This document shows positions 25,378 to 37,091 of a stretch of DNA of 64,000 bases, piece after piece. The notes beneath the pieces were generated by a model. It saw only the letters and a program-made list of their open reading frames with translations, was not told where the DNA came from and did no database searches. A program made the translations under genes and the position numbers. Source of the stretch: Eukaryota sp. TZLM1-RC (taxonomy: Eukaryota > Protista > Metamonada: BaSk clade); the NCBI GenBank assembly GCA_040285825.1, contig JAUPSS010000004.1, forward strand, positions 6,663,784 through 6,727,783. The letters are read 5' to 3'. Position 1 is the first letter of the stretch. Each line of letters starts with the position of its first letter.

Positions 25378-25403
25378 ACGTTTCCATCACGTGATGGAAA
25401 CGT
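25378..25403. promoter_or_regulatory. Perfect 26-bp palindrome with E-box core TCACGTGA, 46 bp upstream of the cystinosin ATG, preceded by GTCAGTGTAC tandem copies
   Basis: ACGTTTCCATCAC|GTGATGGAAACGT is present in the sequence; a regulatory role is inferred. Confidence 0.45.
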
Positions 25404-25449
25404 TAGCTTGATTAAAAGCACTTTCCCTTTTTGAAATGGTGCTTTCCCA

Positions 25450-26278
25450 ATGTTGACAGTAGAACAAGTTCTTGTAACTCTGTCTTTTGCCCTTGGTGTC
25501 GGGTATTTCACTGCCTGGTCTTTCTCTTTTTACCCCCAGATATTTCTCAACTATCGTCGGAAGAGTGTTGTTGGCCTATCTTTCGATTTTCAAGTTTACA
25601 ATCTCATTGGATTCTTTTACTACAGCATCTATTCTTGGATAAACTACCTTGAATGGGAAAAAGAGCCCAAACACGTTGACATCTCTGATTTGGCGTTTCC
25701 TGTTTGTCCTTTAATCTGTGTTTTCATTCAAGGTTCATGCGTTTTTGATCACATCATTCACATGTTTGCAAATTGTACTCTATGATAGGGGCAATCAAAA
25801 GGTGTCATATCTTTGCTGGATTCTTGCTTTTATATTTATTACCAGTCCGATTCTTACGCTCTACACCAACTTCACTCTCTCCCACGTTTTAGGTTCTGTA
25901 AAGCTTTTTATCTCTTTTATCAAGTATATGCCTGTTTGTCTTGGTTGTTTGATTAATCCCAGCAAATTAAGTTAAACTTCAAGCGAAAAAGTACAAAGGG
26001 CTTTAACATTTCTAACATCATCTTGGATATGACTGGTAGTACACTATCTTTTGCACAAATGACAGTTGACGCCGTCATCGAAGGAAACTATTCAGTGTTT
26101 AGAAATTTCACCAAACTTGGCTTATCATTACAGAGTGTATGTATGGGTTGTGAACTTATTGTAGGTATTTTTTGATTTAATATTGATTTTCCAACACTTT
26201 GTTTTATATAAGCAGAGAGCAATAATAGAAAACAAAACTCCTAAGGAGGACGATCCTCTTATAAACACCAAAGTTTAA
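25450..26278 (+). CDS. CTNS: Cystinosin-like PQ-loop lysosomal transporter; introns 25702-25732, 25934-25962 and 26137-26164
   Basis: AWSFSFYPQIFLNYRRKSVVGLSFDF; spliced IKYMP|QIKLNFKRKSTKG and KLGLSLQS|VFFDLILIFQHFVLY. Confidence 0.9.
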
Positions 26279-26315
26279 TGAACACTTGTGAATAAATCTA
26301 AATTACAATAAACTA

Positions 26316-26840
26316 TTATTCAAATTCCGAAGCAGTTTCTTCAGGGAATTCTAATTGCAAATAAGCACCACGGAGGTAAGTTATATGGCGACGTAATCTG
26401 AACGTTGCAAAAGCTAATATTGATGTACTGAGTGGGACAATGAACAGAAAGAATACAGAGAACCCTACTGTTATGAACCAAAACTCAGATTCTGTACGCA
26501 TTTTGAGCAAGCCAGGTATAGAAGAGCCAAGTCCATACATTCCAACACACAAAAACAGCAGGCATCCAACTCCAACATGTCTGAAAAGAACACCAGTGGA
26601 AAAGAAGGCAAAAACTAATATTACAAGATTGTCTATTATCTCATGAACACTCCTTTGATGTATTGTGAATAGTTTGTTGATAAAAACAGAAAGGAGAAAT
26701 GCAGTATAAGCCAGAGCACATATTCTGGAAGCAACAATGGTGATATTGGAGATCCGTGATTTACGATGTATCAGATGATGAATGACACCAGGATCTTCGA
26801 TCGCCCCGTACCGACATCCTCGGGGTTGCGGAGAAAACAT
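26316..26840 (-). CDS. Hypothetical membrane protein with about four TM segments
   Basis: 174-aa ATG ORF with four hydrophobic segments, convergent with cystinosin. Confidence 0.55.
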   Translation of the reverse strand: MFSPQPRGCRYGAIEDPGVIHHLIHRKSRISNITIVASRICALAYTAFLLSVFINKLFTIHQRSVHEIIDNLVILVFAFFSTGVLFRHVGVGCLLFLCVGMYGLGSSIPGLLKMRTESEFWFITVGFSVFFLFIVPLSTSILAFATFRLRRHITYLRGAYLQLEFPEETASEFE

Positions 26841-27099
26841 GTGTAAGATATATTAGGTGGAATTAAGAACTTCCTGTATAAACTTGATCTAAGATTTCCA
26901 CATCCATGGATTTATTTAGCACATAACTCTTCTTCAGTTGCAATGAAATTTTGACAAACCTTCCTAGAGAATTGTTCGAATGACTTTTGGAAATCATTAT
27001 TTTCTACAAAAGTTTGACCTTACCCCCGATTGAAACTAAAGCTTTAACAAACTTTTTAAGAACTGTTCCTAAACTGGAGAAGAAGATCATTAATTATTT

Positions 27100-27672
27100 A
27101 GAAGTAGAATCACTGAACAACAAAATTAACATGGCTAACAATTCCGGTGATTTTTCTTTGAAATTATTTTGTCTTCTTTGTGCAGTTTAAATTGTTTTCA
27201 AAATAGTTCATCTTGTTTGATAATACAAGTTCCTCGCCGTTTTAGACTATTGCGTTTAGATATTCATTTTTTGACAGTCATGCAAAACAAACTTAATCTA
27301 CCTCCTTTTCAATGCTTATCAAATATGAAATGTAAATGTGGTGCTTATGGTTTTTTTGATCACCTTATTTCCTGCTGAAATTTCACTCAAAAAAGATCAA
27401 TTATCCACAATGCAGTTCGTGATTGTATTTATGATTTGTTAAAATGTGCTCATCAACCAGTTCGTTGAGAACCTCTGTTTGATGAATTAAATTTCAATTT
27501 GAGCCAAAAACGAGGTGATATTCGATGTGCATGGTATGATGGAACTGAACTAATTATCGATTGTACTACCGTATCTATGTGGGAAGGAAGTTCCAATTCT
27601 GACATTCATCCTTTACTCAAAGTTGCAGAGCTTTCCAAGAAATCAAAATACGAAGCCCTTCTACAACGTCTC
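27100..27672 (+). mobile_element. RLE non-LTR retrotransposon remnant
   Basis: CKCG..DHLISC, HNAVRD and KRGDIRCAW..LIIDCT..KKSKY. Confidence 0.75.
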
Positions 27673-27972
27673 GCTGGAATAGACTTGGCAAAGTGGAATT
27701 CATTCCACTTCCATTTCCACTCTTGTGTTCCATTTCCATTTCCACAATCTCATAAGTTGATTCCAAACAGCCTATTTGCGTTTATTCAGATCCATAGTGA
27801 AGGTAACCATTACTGACCTTGACAGTGTTGTATTAATTGGTCGAAGTTGTTGTTTATTAATTCATTGAAGTATTTCTTATGTATGTGTAAACAAATCATC
27901 TTACTGACAATTAATTATACAAAAAACTAATTCGAGTACCTATATTTAACTTCAGTGTTTCAAGTATTTTAT

Positions 27973-28059
27973 TGAAAGGCCTCAGTATTTGTGTAGTAGA
28001 TAGTTTTGGTAAATATTTCGCACGAAAAATGATCGTGTACTCTTGGGGAATTTCCCCAC
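27973..28059 (+). ncRNA. Stand-alone Fanzor family-B right end / putative omegaRNA scaffold
   Basis: Homologous to 30540-30625 and 40403-40489; terminal stem TGGGGAATTTCCCCA versus TGGGAATTTCCCA. Confidence 0.65.
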
Positions 28060-28399
28060 TACCTATTATACAAAATTTTGCCTTATTTGTTAATGAAGAT
28101 ATGTAAATAAACGTTGAAACTGTGCCAAGTCCAAAAGTTCAGAACTATAGACTTAATCTTGTCTTAGCCACTGATGCTTTTGATGCAAAGCAGAACGTGT
28201 GAATTGGAATTTTATCACAGCTGGAAATTTCACGTCAGTAACAATGCGTCCCTTTTTATTAATTTACATTAGCAATACCCTGGCGTCAATGGATAAGTGA
28301 AAGCATAAACAACCTCAAAAATTTTCCACATTTTTGTATTTCTAGTACCTACATCTTTTGTTGCGGATTAACAATCCAAAACCACCACGAGCAAGCCTT

Positions 28400-28901
28400 T
28401 CCGCATACCTTCAGACGAAAGAGACTCACCCCTATCGCCAGTTTGGAGCCTGCTTTTGTTCCGTTTTCTACATGGGTTCTCGAACATTTTATCTTCAAAA
28501 ACACATCACAAACAATTTTGAAAAACCTTTATTTATTTTTCAGAACAAAAGCTAATGATTATACCATGTCTTCTGATGGTGATAGTGTCCGTATAACATT
28601 CACACCCCACCCAAACGCAGCACGAGTGAGATTGTCTGGAGAAACCTTGGCTGATAAAAATCCAAAGGGGAACTTGATTACTACGAAACCACTCGGAATA
28701 AAAACATACCTTGCAAGCCAAGGTTGAACGGCCAAGACCTCGCCAGAAACCAAAAGCTACTGAGTGGCAGGCACCTGATGATGAGACGGAAATGGTGTTC
28801 TGGGCCATCGACCCCAACCACTCAAATCTATGTGGTTCCAGCATTGGAACACGTTCAGGGCCAACCGTATCCAATATCTTGTTGGCACCAAGGCACCAAG
28901 G
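28400..28901 (+). mobile_element. Internal fragment of a third family-A-related Fanzor, fused directly to a family-B copy
   Basis: YTMSSDGDSVRITF and WAIDPNHSNLCG (RuvC-I) align with the 52889 and 61127 proteins. Confidence 0.75.
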
Positions 28902-30625
28902 CATATTTGAAAGTCTTATTGAGCCATTTACTTGTCAAATTGAGAATTTGGGCACTGACTAGTATTTAGTTGACAACATTTTTCCAGTGGATATACATTT
29001 TCTTGCAGACGTTGTGGAAACAGATCGTCAAACATTCCTAACACCAGCAATTACAATTGCCCAATTTATCTCCAGTAGAGAGAAAAACCTTATCATATTT
29101 CTCCTGTTTCAACCACTGTAGGCCCTGGATATTTTTCTATTGATACAAGAACACTATGGAGAATTGTCAAACAAACATTGATGGATGATTTAGCATCTAC
29201 ACAGACTCTGAAAATGTCCAATACATTAGCCCAAATTACGAAATTCAAACCACCTCAGCAATTTGACTTTTGGTCTAATATTCTAGATTTAAACCAACCA
29301 ATGTTCAAACAGAAGAGCTATAAATTCAACAACATTATCCACACAGATGGATTTAATATTGCAGTAGAATTTGTTCGTCGGGATTTACAAGGTCAGAAAT
29401 GTAAGCCAGACAACAAGGCTAGTATTTCGGATTTATATAATGATGATGTTGATGTTGATGCTTTTCATTTTTTAGACGACTTTTTATTTATTTAAACAAA
29501 AATGTTAAAAACTAAAAATCTATTTCCTCAAACTCCACATCTACCATTGAAAATTTACCTTCAACCTTTTCTTCATAATATCTTCCTAGTGATAACAACG
29601 AGCTAGAAACAAGGCTATGCATCCCCTTAAAAATGGAAAATACAATTCTATTTTATGATGCTTTTCAGGACAAACGAATTGTTGTTTGTAATCCTGGAAA
29701 ACGTGATTTATTGTATTTTGGGAGTAAAAAGACTGATCAAGAATTAGCCATGGTTCCTGAACATGAAACTGAACAGCAAAGAAATAGTCGGGTGATGAAT
29801 CAAGACAAGAAGTACAAATGGTTGAGAATGACTCAGATGTCCTGGTCTTTGAAAAGTAGGATGAATGAAAAGCAAAAACGATGGGCGATAAAGTATACTG
29901 ACGTAGATTACGACAGGAACCAAATGATAGAGTCTTACGAAATGACAACTGAAGATGCAAACACCGAATTATCCGCGTTTGCTGCCAATTCACCAACTTT
30001 TATAAATTTTTCCAACTTTGTGATTGCCAAACTTCGGCAAGTTTTTTTGACAATTGACTTTTACAATCTTGACTTGTGGAGCATTCATAAAATGCAAGCT
30101 TTTATTCACAAGCAAAAGACTGAAAGTTGGTTATTAAAAAATCTTGTGCAGCAGTTTGGCAATATTAAAGACACTTTAATACTAATGGGTGATTATGGTA
30201 AAAAAGGTTCCAAGAATTTGAAACATCAGAGACCTACTCGAGGCAGTGGATGGATTCAATTTCTGAAAAGAAATGGATTTAAAGTGTTGATGATTAATGA
30301 AGCTTTCATTTCAGCAAAATGTCCTGTTTGTTTTGAAAAGGTTGCTACGTTTTTGAGAGTAACAAATCCCAGATGCTATAGAAGAGAAAACACTCCTGTT
30401 ACTACATGTCACGGTTTATTAGCTTGTAATAGTGAGAGTTGCAAACTCAGTAACAAAGGCTCAACAAAGCTTTTCAATAGAAATAAGCTGGCTTGTCTCA
30501 ATATAGTTTGCAATTGCTGAAGCGAGGATGAGTGGTAATGATAGGCCTCAGTATCTGTGTAGTAGATAGTTTTTGTAATTATTCCACACGAAAATTGATC
30601 GTGTACTTATGGGAATTTCCCACAG
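28902..30625 (+). mobile_element. Fanzor family-B copy 1 (Fanzor1-like), 5'-truncated and disrupted
   Basis: Motifs IHTDG, IVVCNPGKRDLLY, LMGDYG, INEAFISAKCPVC, CHGLLAC and FNRNKLACLN; conserved hairpin right end finishing CCCACAG. Confidence 0.85.
29468..29655 (-). mobile_element. 5'-truncated RLE LINE inserted into Fanzor B1 with a 12-bp TSD
   Basis: TGATGCTTTTCA is duplicated at 29456-29467 and 29656-29667; the insert encodes NRIVFSIFKGM..EEIDF* plus an A-rich tail and is absent from copies B2 and B3. Confidence 0.88.
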
Positions 30626-30835
30626 AAGTCTGGGCGAATAGTAATCCCCAAACAATTGCCCTACCAGAATTCTTTCATTTACTGTTGGTCCAATCGTGGA
30701 TCTTTCTGTCAACTCATTCACTTTGTCAACCTATGCCACTATCTTTTCGTCATTTATTGATGGTATCTATTTCAGAATTATCAAAATTAAAATTGGGATA
30801 TTGGGGGAATCTTCAGAAACTTTTCTTGATAGTTT

Positions 30836-30928
30836 TGTTGCCGTAAGTCTAATGTGATAAAGAAAAGTTAATGAGGAAAAAGTTGATTTATTTTCTAATT
30901 ATATTATATAAGCCTCAGGGCGCCAACA
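30836..30928 (-). mobile_element. 93-bp TGTTG..CAACA element (solo LTR or Ginger-type MITE) with 4-bp TSD GTTT
   Basis: Termini TGTTGGCGCC / GGCAACA, internal AATAAA; homologous to 40041-40150. Confidence 0.8.
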
Positions 30929-30989
30929 GTTTTATAAACAAGAGTTACTGTAGTTTGATTTTTTGCAAGAACATTATATTAGGATAAGT

Positions 30990-31350
30990 GTTGGTGAATT
31001 TAAAGCTGAAGAAAACCATAGAAAATATGACAAAGATATCGAAGAAGCTAATGCTGATAGAAATAGACCACTTGTTTTTATTGCTTTTCCATTTTCGGTA
31101 AAAGGAAGACTATCAGTAGAAGCAGGAACTTTTTTGAATGATTTCCAAAAAATAATTCAAAAAAAACAATGAAAAGATTTGATATTTTTTAATGGCCCTC
31201 TCGGATTCAATTTGCCATTATTAATAGATTATTTCGATTTTTCAATCGAATTAGAGAAGCTTTAGCTAGACAGCCAGCAGATCATAATTTTGTAGAGGAA
31301 ATTTTGGTTCATTGAATTTTGTCCCATTAGTTATGAGTCATTTTTATTAC
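30990..31350 (+). mobile_element. 3' remnant of an RLE retrotransposon, subfamily of 2100-3190
   Basis: HRKYDKDIEEANADRN..FIAFPFS..GRLSVEA plus a shared 3' UTR. Confidence 0.85.
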
Positions 31351-32196
31351 GTGTGCAAGATGAATAAAAAAATCCTTTTTTCTACTTGTTTTTCTTATAT
31401 CTTGTTTTTCACTTATTTGACCCCCTTCCCGTCAATAACACAGTACTATCCTCCCCACCATGTTGTTTGAAAGCCTCCCTCTTCAGACAATTTCAAAAGC
31501 GAAGATGGCTTGAACTAAGACAATTTCCCAGTTTCCCATTTCACCGGTGTATTTGACATCGAAAAGCCTGCTGTCGTTTTAAATCGCTCTTGGAGCTTAT
31601 AAGATGACCCGCCAGTAAAATATTTCTTCATAAATGAAGCACTGGTTTCAGTCTGTGTTTAGTTCTAGCTGAGCCAGTTGTTTTATTGTTGCGATAAAAT
31701 AGAAAATTGATTGAAAAAACCCTGTTCTTTTTGCATTCTTTATTATTAAATTTTGATTTGGAATCAGCCCAACTAAATTGATCTTCCACTCAAACAAAAT
31801 TTTCCTCATTAGCTTAACTTAACCTTATTTAATAAAACACAAATTGCTTCAAATGAAGCAATTGAATGACATTGGCGAGTTTGATTAAAACCATAAGAAA
31901 GTATCTATGATTGTTTATAAAGTATAATATCATCCTTATGTATAATGTCAGAGAACTAAGATTGATTGAAGTGATTTGATGATGCAGTAATCGGTGGGCA
32001 AAAAAATTGTCCTACTTTGACTTTGCACTATATATTATATTGTACTATATTTTTTTGCACTATAATGGCTATATCTTTGACATCTGAGATAGTCTTGAGT
32101 AGGGCCGGAGCATCGAGATATTCATCATCATCAACATCGTATACTTGTGTCAAGTCCTGTACGTTACGGCCTAGGTTATAGATAAGACCACTCTTC

Positions 32197-33714
32197 TCAA
32201 AGATAGCGAAACAATGGCCCACGCCTTCTCTTCCTTGCAGACGATTGAACACATTTATGGTCATCACTCACAATATTGCCACAATCCACGCATACAATTA
32301 GACTCCCACCAACAACAAATTTGTTCTCTTCAATGGTTTGATCATCTTGATCACTCTCCACTAGAACAATTGCATCATCAGTTGCTTCATCTTGATGGTT
32401 CTGCTGTGTTTGTTTTTGTGTGAAATGAGCTATTAAATCACTCTCAACGAAGTTTGACAGGGTAATCCCTAATGTTACAATCTTCAGTTCAGAGGCAAAA
32501 TGTTCGTCAAATACATTCTTTGATTCTTTTACAAGTGTTGATGCACTTACTTTAGCCCCACATAGCTTGGTTGATCTACTGACTTCTCCCAAGCCGATTC
32601 TTTTACACTTTACTGTCAATGTCTTTGGCCTGGAATGTTGATGAAACCCGTTCTTAACGTTAGCATCTATTCGTTCTTTGAGATCGACTGCGAGCTGCTT
32701 CAATAACTCAACTGCTTCGTTATAATCTGTCATTACCCCTACTACCTTGGAAACTCCTAATTGAGCTGAGGAAAATCCGGTTGATCGAGGTTGAAATTCT
32801 TGAGTTCCTTTTCCCTGGCCAAGTTTACATACATAGTTGAATAATTTGATTAATGTGGGATCCTTGCACTGTCTTGTGAAATCTTTTGAATAACCTATAA
32901 AATCTGATACTTGAATTAATCCATATGATGCGAATTTTTCACCAGTTTTTGGTCCAATACTAAAGATTTTGGACACATTTAAATCAAGTATCAATCTGGG
33001 TAATGCACAATATGGTACAACAGTTAACCCATCTGGTTTGTTATGGCTGGCAAAGATTTTTGAAGTTTCCATAAAGGGACTGATGGCTGCAGAACATGTT
33101 ATTTTCAAATTCTCCCAAATAGCCTTTCTTACACTGTTTGTAATAAAAGTTGCTAAAACTAATAAACTATTATAGATATTTGTTGGATAATATTCCTTGA
33201 CCGAAAGAGGGGAAGTTATTGCTTTGGTCAATAGTCCAGAATCAAAGCAGCACGTAAAGCTTGAATCTCCTACAACTTTCACATAATTCGCCCGAATGGT
33301 ACTTAGAATTATTCCAACCAAACTAGATGGGCACGTGGTTAACACTAACTCTTTGACCTTGAGTGAAAGATCCAAATAAGCTTCATCAATACTTGCCTTC
33401 CTGATATAATGATCACCTCCAAGGACATTAGACATGATTTTAAAAGCTTGAAGGGAAACATCTCGGTAGAGTTGGAGGTTTACATCTACTGCTTGGATGT
33501 TAGGGCAAATGGACCTCGCAGTTGCCAAGGAACACATTTTTGGTACTCCTTTGTGTCGCGCTACATAATTGATGGCTATCAAAGAATCACGTTGAACAAC
33601 ACCAACAGGCAGATTGCGAATGTCTGGTTGCTGTTTTTCAAGTCTAGCTAGCTCAACACCACAATAAAATGAATCAAAATCGAGTAGACTGATGAGTAAT
33701 GATCTTCGTGCCAT
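32197..33714 (-). CDS. Y-family translesion DNA polymerase (pol eta/iota-like)
   Basis: Motifs LDFDSFYCGVE, PVGVVQ, AINYVAR..GV, ASIDEAYLD and NKPDG; C-terminal CxxC..H.C zinc motif and basic/PIP-like tail. Confidence 0.92.
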   Translation of the reverse strand: MARRSLLISLLDFDSFYCGVELARLEKQQPDIRNLPVGVVQRDSLIAINYVARHKGVPKMCSLATARSICPNIQAVDVNLQLYRDVSLQAFKIMSNVLGGDHYIRKASIDEAYLDLSLKVKELVLTTCPSSLVGIILSTIRANYVKVVGDSSFTCCFDSGLLTKAITSPLSVKEYYPTNIYNSLLVLATFITNSVRKAIWENLKITCSAAISPFMETSKIFASHNKPDGLTVVPYCALPRLILDLNVSKIFSIGPKTGEKFASYGLIQVSDFIGYSKDFTRQCKDPTLIKLFNYVCKLGQGKGTQEFQPRSTGFSSAQLGVSKVVGVMTDYNEAVELLKQLAVDLKERIDANVKNGFHQHSRPKTLTVKCKRIGLGEVSRSTKLCGAKVSASTLVKESKNVFDEHFASELKIVTLGITLSNFVESDLIAHFTQKQTQQNHQDEATDDAIVLVESDQDDQTIEENKFVVGGSLIVCVDCGNIVSDDHKCVQSSARKRRRGPLFRYL

Positions 33715-34626
33715 TGAGAAGACCTAAGCCTGCTGCTTGCTGATGTGTTAATAGAGTTTGAATTTCACTTGTGGTTTTCATTTTGTCCACATAATTATAA
33801 AATCATTTTTCACCACACCACTTCTTTCACCAAAACACTATTCTTTTTACATGCACTTGGACGAACACTTCTATAAAAGATGAATCGATAATATTTTATT
33901 TTGGAACTATTAGTTATCTGGTGAGTATTAGCACTTTTAGTTACAATTTAAATCACCTATAATACTGCCGTCACTAATATTATATATTGATAAATAATAT
34001 ATTATATAAATATTATTCACCAGTATTTACACAAATTATTATCAACCACGCACATTCAAAACAGTGAAGGTTCAGAAATAGGTTATTAACCAGAAAATCA
34101 TCTTTCTCAAGAGTCCGAACCTGAATTCAAGGGGATAGGTTTCACACATAGCAGCATGGACGTCTTCAGACTTATCATCGTATCAGACTACATTAATATG
34201 AAATTGGTCAAAATCAATCTCTGCAAGGAAGCCATGTTGACTAACATTACAAGTGTCTTCAATGCAGTTTCAATTGGAGTTCATTAAGTTCAAAAATCTT
34301 CTGCTCATTAGACTTTAGAAGTTCATGTATATCAGCAGTAGGTTAGACTGGAGTAGATTAAGATTGGAGTGAGTTGATTCGTAGAGAGTGAACAAACGAT
34401 ACCAGAGGTGTAAGGGTGTATATTGACAACTGATGGTAATATGATCAAGTGAAGACAGGAGGAACATCTTCTACGGAGGAAAGATGAGTAGAAAGAATGT
34501 GAAGAGTGTGAAGTAGAGAGACAAATATAATAATAAGTATTCAGATGTCTAGTTTCAAGACAAGAAGGACTACTGAAGGGGGTGGCGCAGCAGAAGTTGT
34601 TGAAAATTTCAAATGAAAACCACAGA

Positions 34627-34685
34627 GTTCAGTTCATTTCAGTTCAGGTTCAGTCTTATTAGGTTCAGTTCTGTTCAGGTTCCAA
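34627..34685. repeat. Degenerate (GTTCA)n pentamer repeat
   Basis: agttcagttcatttcagttcaggttcag...ggttcagttctgttcaggttcc. Confidence 0.5.
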
Positions 34686-35039
34686 ATTTGTTTATGAACT
34701 GAACTGAAGGACATGAGAAGAGGTGAGTGTGGAGTTGAACTGACGAAGAAGACCGTATTGAGTTAGAAAATGTGGACAGAGTAGAAGGTAGGGAATCAAG
34801 CATTTGTTTAAATCCCGTCCAAACAGAGAGGGAGACAGGAAGGAAGAACTGTTGAGATAAATCAATGAGATAAGGACAAGAGGTAAAGGAAGGAGAAGGA
34901 AACTGGAAAAAACAAAGAGTTTAGTCGGAGTAACAACGAGCAGAACAGCTAGAGGATAAATCGAGCTGATGTTGATGACCACTAATAGAGATACATTGGA
35001 TAGGCATTTGATACCATTGTGGAAATTAGCAATCAATTT

Positions 35040-36237
35040 GAAATTGCAATCAGTATGTCAGACATTTTTTAAATCTTCAATTTTGTGTCAATCAGCATTC
35101 TTGGGTGGTGGCAAAAATTTTATTTATGAATTTTCTCGTAGATTTCCTGATGATTCTCATCTGTTAGTCCCCAATTGTAGTCCCTATTTGTATGAGTTAT
35201 CTTGTGAACTTGAAAAATTACCGCCACAAATTTGGACCAAATGTTTTCCTCAATCAATTCAAGAAATTCCAAACCGATCTCTATTTAATTTACAGTTTTG
35301 CTGTAAAAAGCTTCAACAAAAATTGTCAAAGATTTTTGAAAGCTTGGATTTTGATGTTAGACTTGGCTTGGCCAAGAAAAAGAATCCCGCTTTTGCAAAT
35401 CTTTTACAAGATATGTGTGACAGTACTTCTTCTGCCTTAGTAACAACAATTCCACAAGTTTATGGTACTCTCTTATCCGATTCTGCTTGGACTCTGAATA
35501 TGAGATTTCGTTCCTTTATCTGGCCTGATAATTTACCTCATAATTTAATTTGTAAATGTTCTCGAGAAATTACAACTACTCATTTGTTAAATTGTAAACA
35601 TTTTATTACTTTTAGAAGCAAGGTTCATGATGCTGTAAGAGACCAGTTATATTGTATGTGTAAATCTCATAGAATTGAATCCTTCTTGGAACCTCTGTTG
35701 TCAAATCTGTTTGATGCTGAAAATGATTTTCATAAGAATAATAGAGGTGATGTCATATTACCTGGATTAGATGGAAGCTTTATTTTATTGGATGTAATGT
35801 CTGTTGATCCTTGTAATGCCTCAAATGAAAGGCTTGTTAATTCTGAAATTCATAATCCCCTTTCAAATGCTGAAAATTTTAAATTCAAAAATACAATGAA
35901 CCTTTGTCCAAATTGGCCAGTCTACAGCATGCAAAAATACAATTTGTATCCATTTGTATTTTCCCTTTTGGTTCACTTGCACCAACTGCTTTACGTTTTT
36001 TGGATGATTTTGAAATGATTGTAAAGAGAAGAACTGGCAGAAATTTCAACAGATTGTTTTGGCAAAATAGAATTGTGTTTTCTATTTTTAAGGGGATGTT
36101 GAAGATGGTTTCTGATGCTTTGCTTTCTCTTGGATCTCACTATGAGAGAGTTGCATCTAGTGTTTTTGTTTTGGGAGAGATGGATTTTTTAGATGTTGAT
36201 TTATAGGTTTAGAATAAAATTAAATTTTAAAAAAAAA
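35040..36237 (+). mobile_element. 3' part of an RLE non-LTR retrotransposon ending in poly(A)
   Basis: CKC..HLLNC, HDAVRDQL, EPLL, RGDVILP..LLDV and WQNRIVF; poly(A) at 36229-36237. Confidence 0.88.
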
Positions 36238-36564
36238 GTATGTCAGACATCGTGTCAGATAGCGAGATTATCTTGACTCTTCCCATTCTTCTAACATCAT
36301 GCAGCGAAACGAGAAAAAGGATAACGAGTTTACGGACCTGGTTCCGACCTCCTCCTTTAACCTGTTCTTTACAGAACAGCAGAGTACTTCCTTCCGAACT
36401 CCTCAGTCGGGAACAGTCATCCTGCTTTACAGGAATGAACGGAAGGTCAGAGCGTCGATTTCCTGTCGGAAGCGTCGTTCTGATCCTTCCGTGGGGGTAA
36501 AGTATTGCGCCTTTTTCAGTCATCATTGAGTCATGATATAAGTGCTGTTGAATCACACATGGTG

Positions 36565-37000
36565 CTAATCACCTTAGATATGGGATGTTCTTCCTTGTGT
36601 TTTGTTTTGAATTGTTATTTTGATGTTATTGAGTTTGTTGTTTTTTGTAATTTAGCTATTTGCACTGTAGATATGGAATGTTGTTCTTGGTTGTGTTTTC
36701 TTTTACATTGTTGTTACTTTGATGTTTTTGATTTTGTTGATTTTTTTGGTTTATGTACTTGCACGTTGTATGTGGGATGTTTTCCTGTTTATGTTTTGTT
36801 TTGAATAAATGTCTTGATGTTTTTCAGTTTGTTGTTTTTTGTGGTTTACGTACTTGTACTGTAGATGTGGGATGTTTCTTTTGTATATGTTTTGTTTTAC
36901 ATTGTTCTTTTGAAGTTTATGAGTTTGTTCATTTTTGTGGTTTAGATTTTTGCACTTTAGATACGGGATGTTGTGACTTAAATTGTTGTTTTGATAATGT
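36565..37000 (+). repeat. About five degenerate ~96-nt tandem repeats encoding Cys/Phe-rich ~32-aa units
   Basis: tgcac(t)gtagatrtgggatgt-like unit starts near 36568, 36661, 36760, 36855 and 36951. Confidence 0.7.
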
Positions 37001-37091
37001 TGATGATTATTATTATGTTTATAATTTATCTTTTCAATCCAGTAATTGCCAACATCTTCTATCAACAAACCCATTTACTGCTAATTTAACA

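Noticed and set aside
27693-27745. (TTCCA)n-like tract as a telomeric or centromeric repeat
   Set aside because: Only a few degenerate units
34330-35036. Strongly purine-skewed block, with similar blocks at 52210-52620 and 63100-63700
   Set aside because: Probably decayed coding or repeat DNA; no frame or motif could be supported
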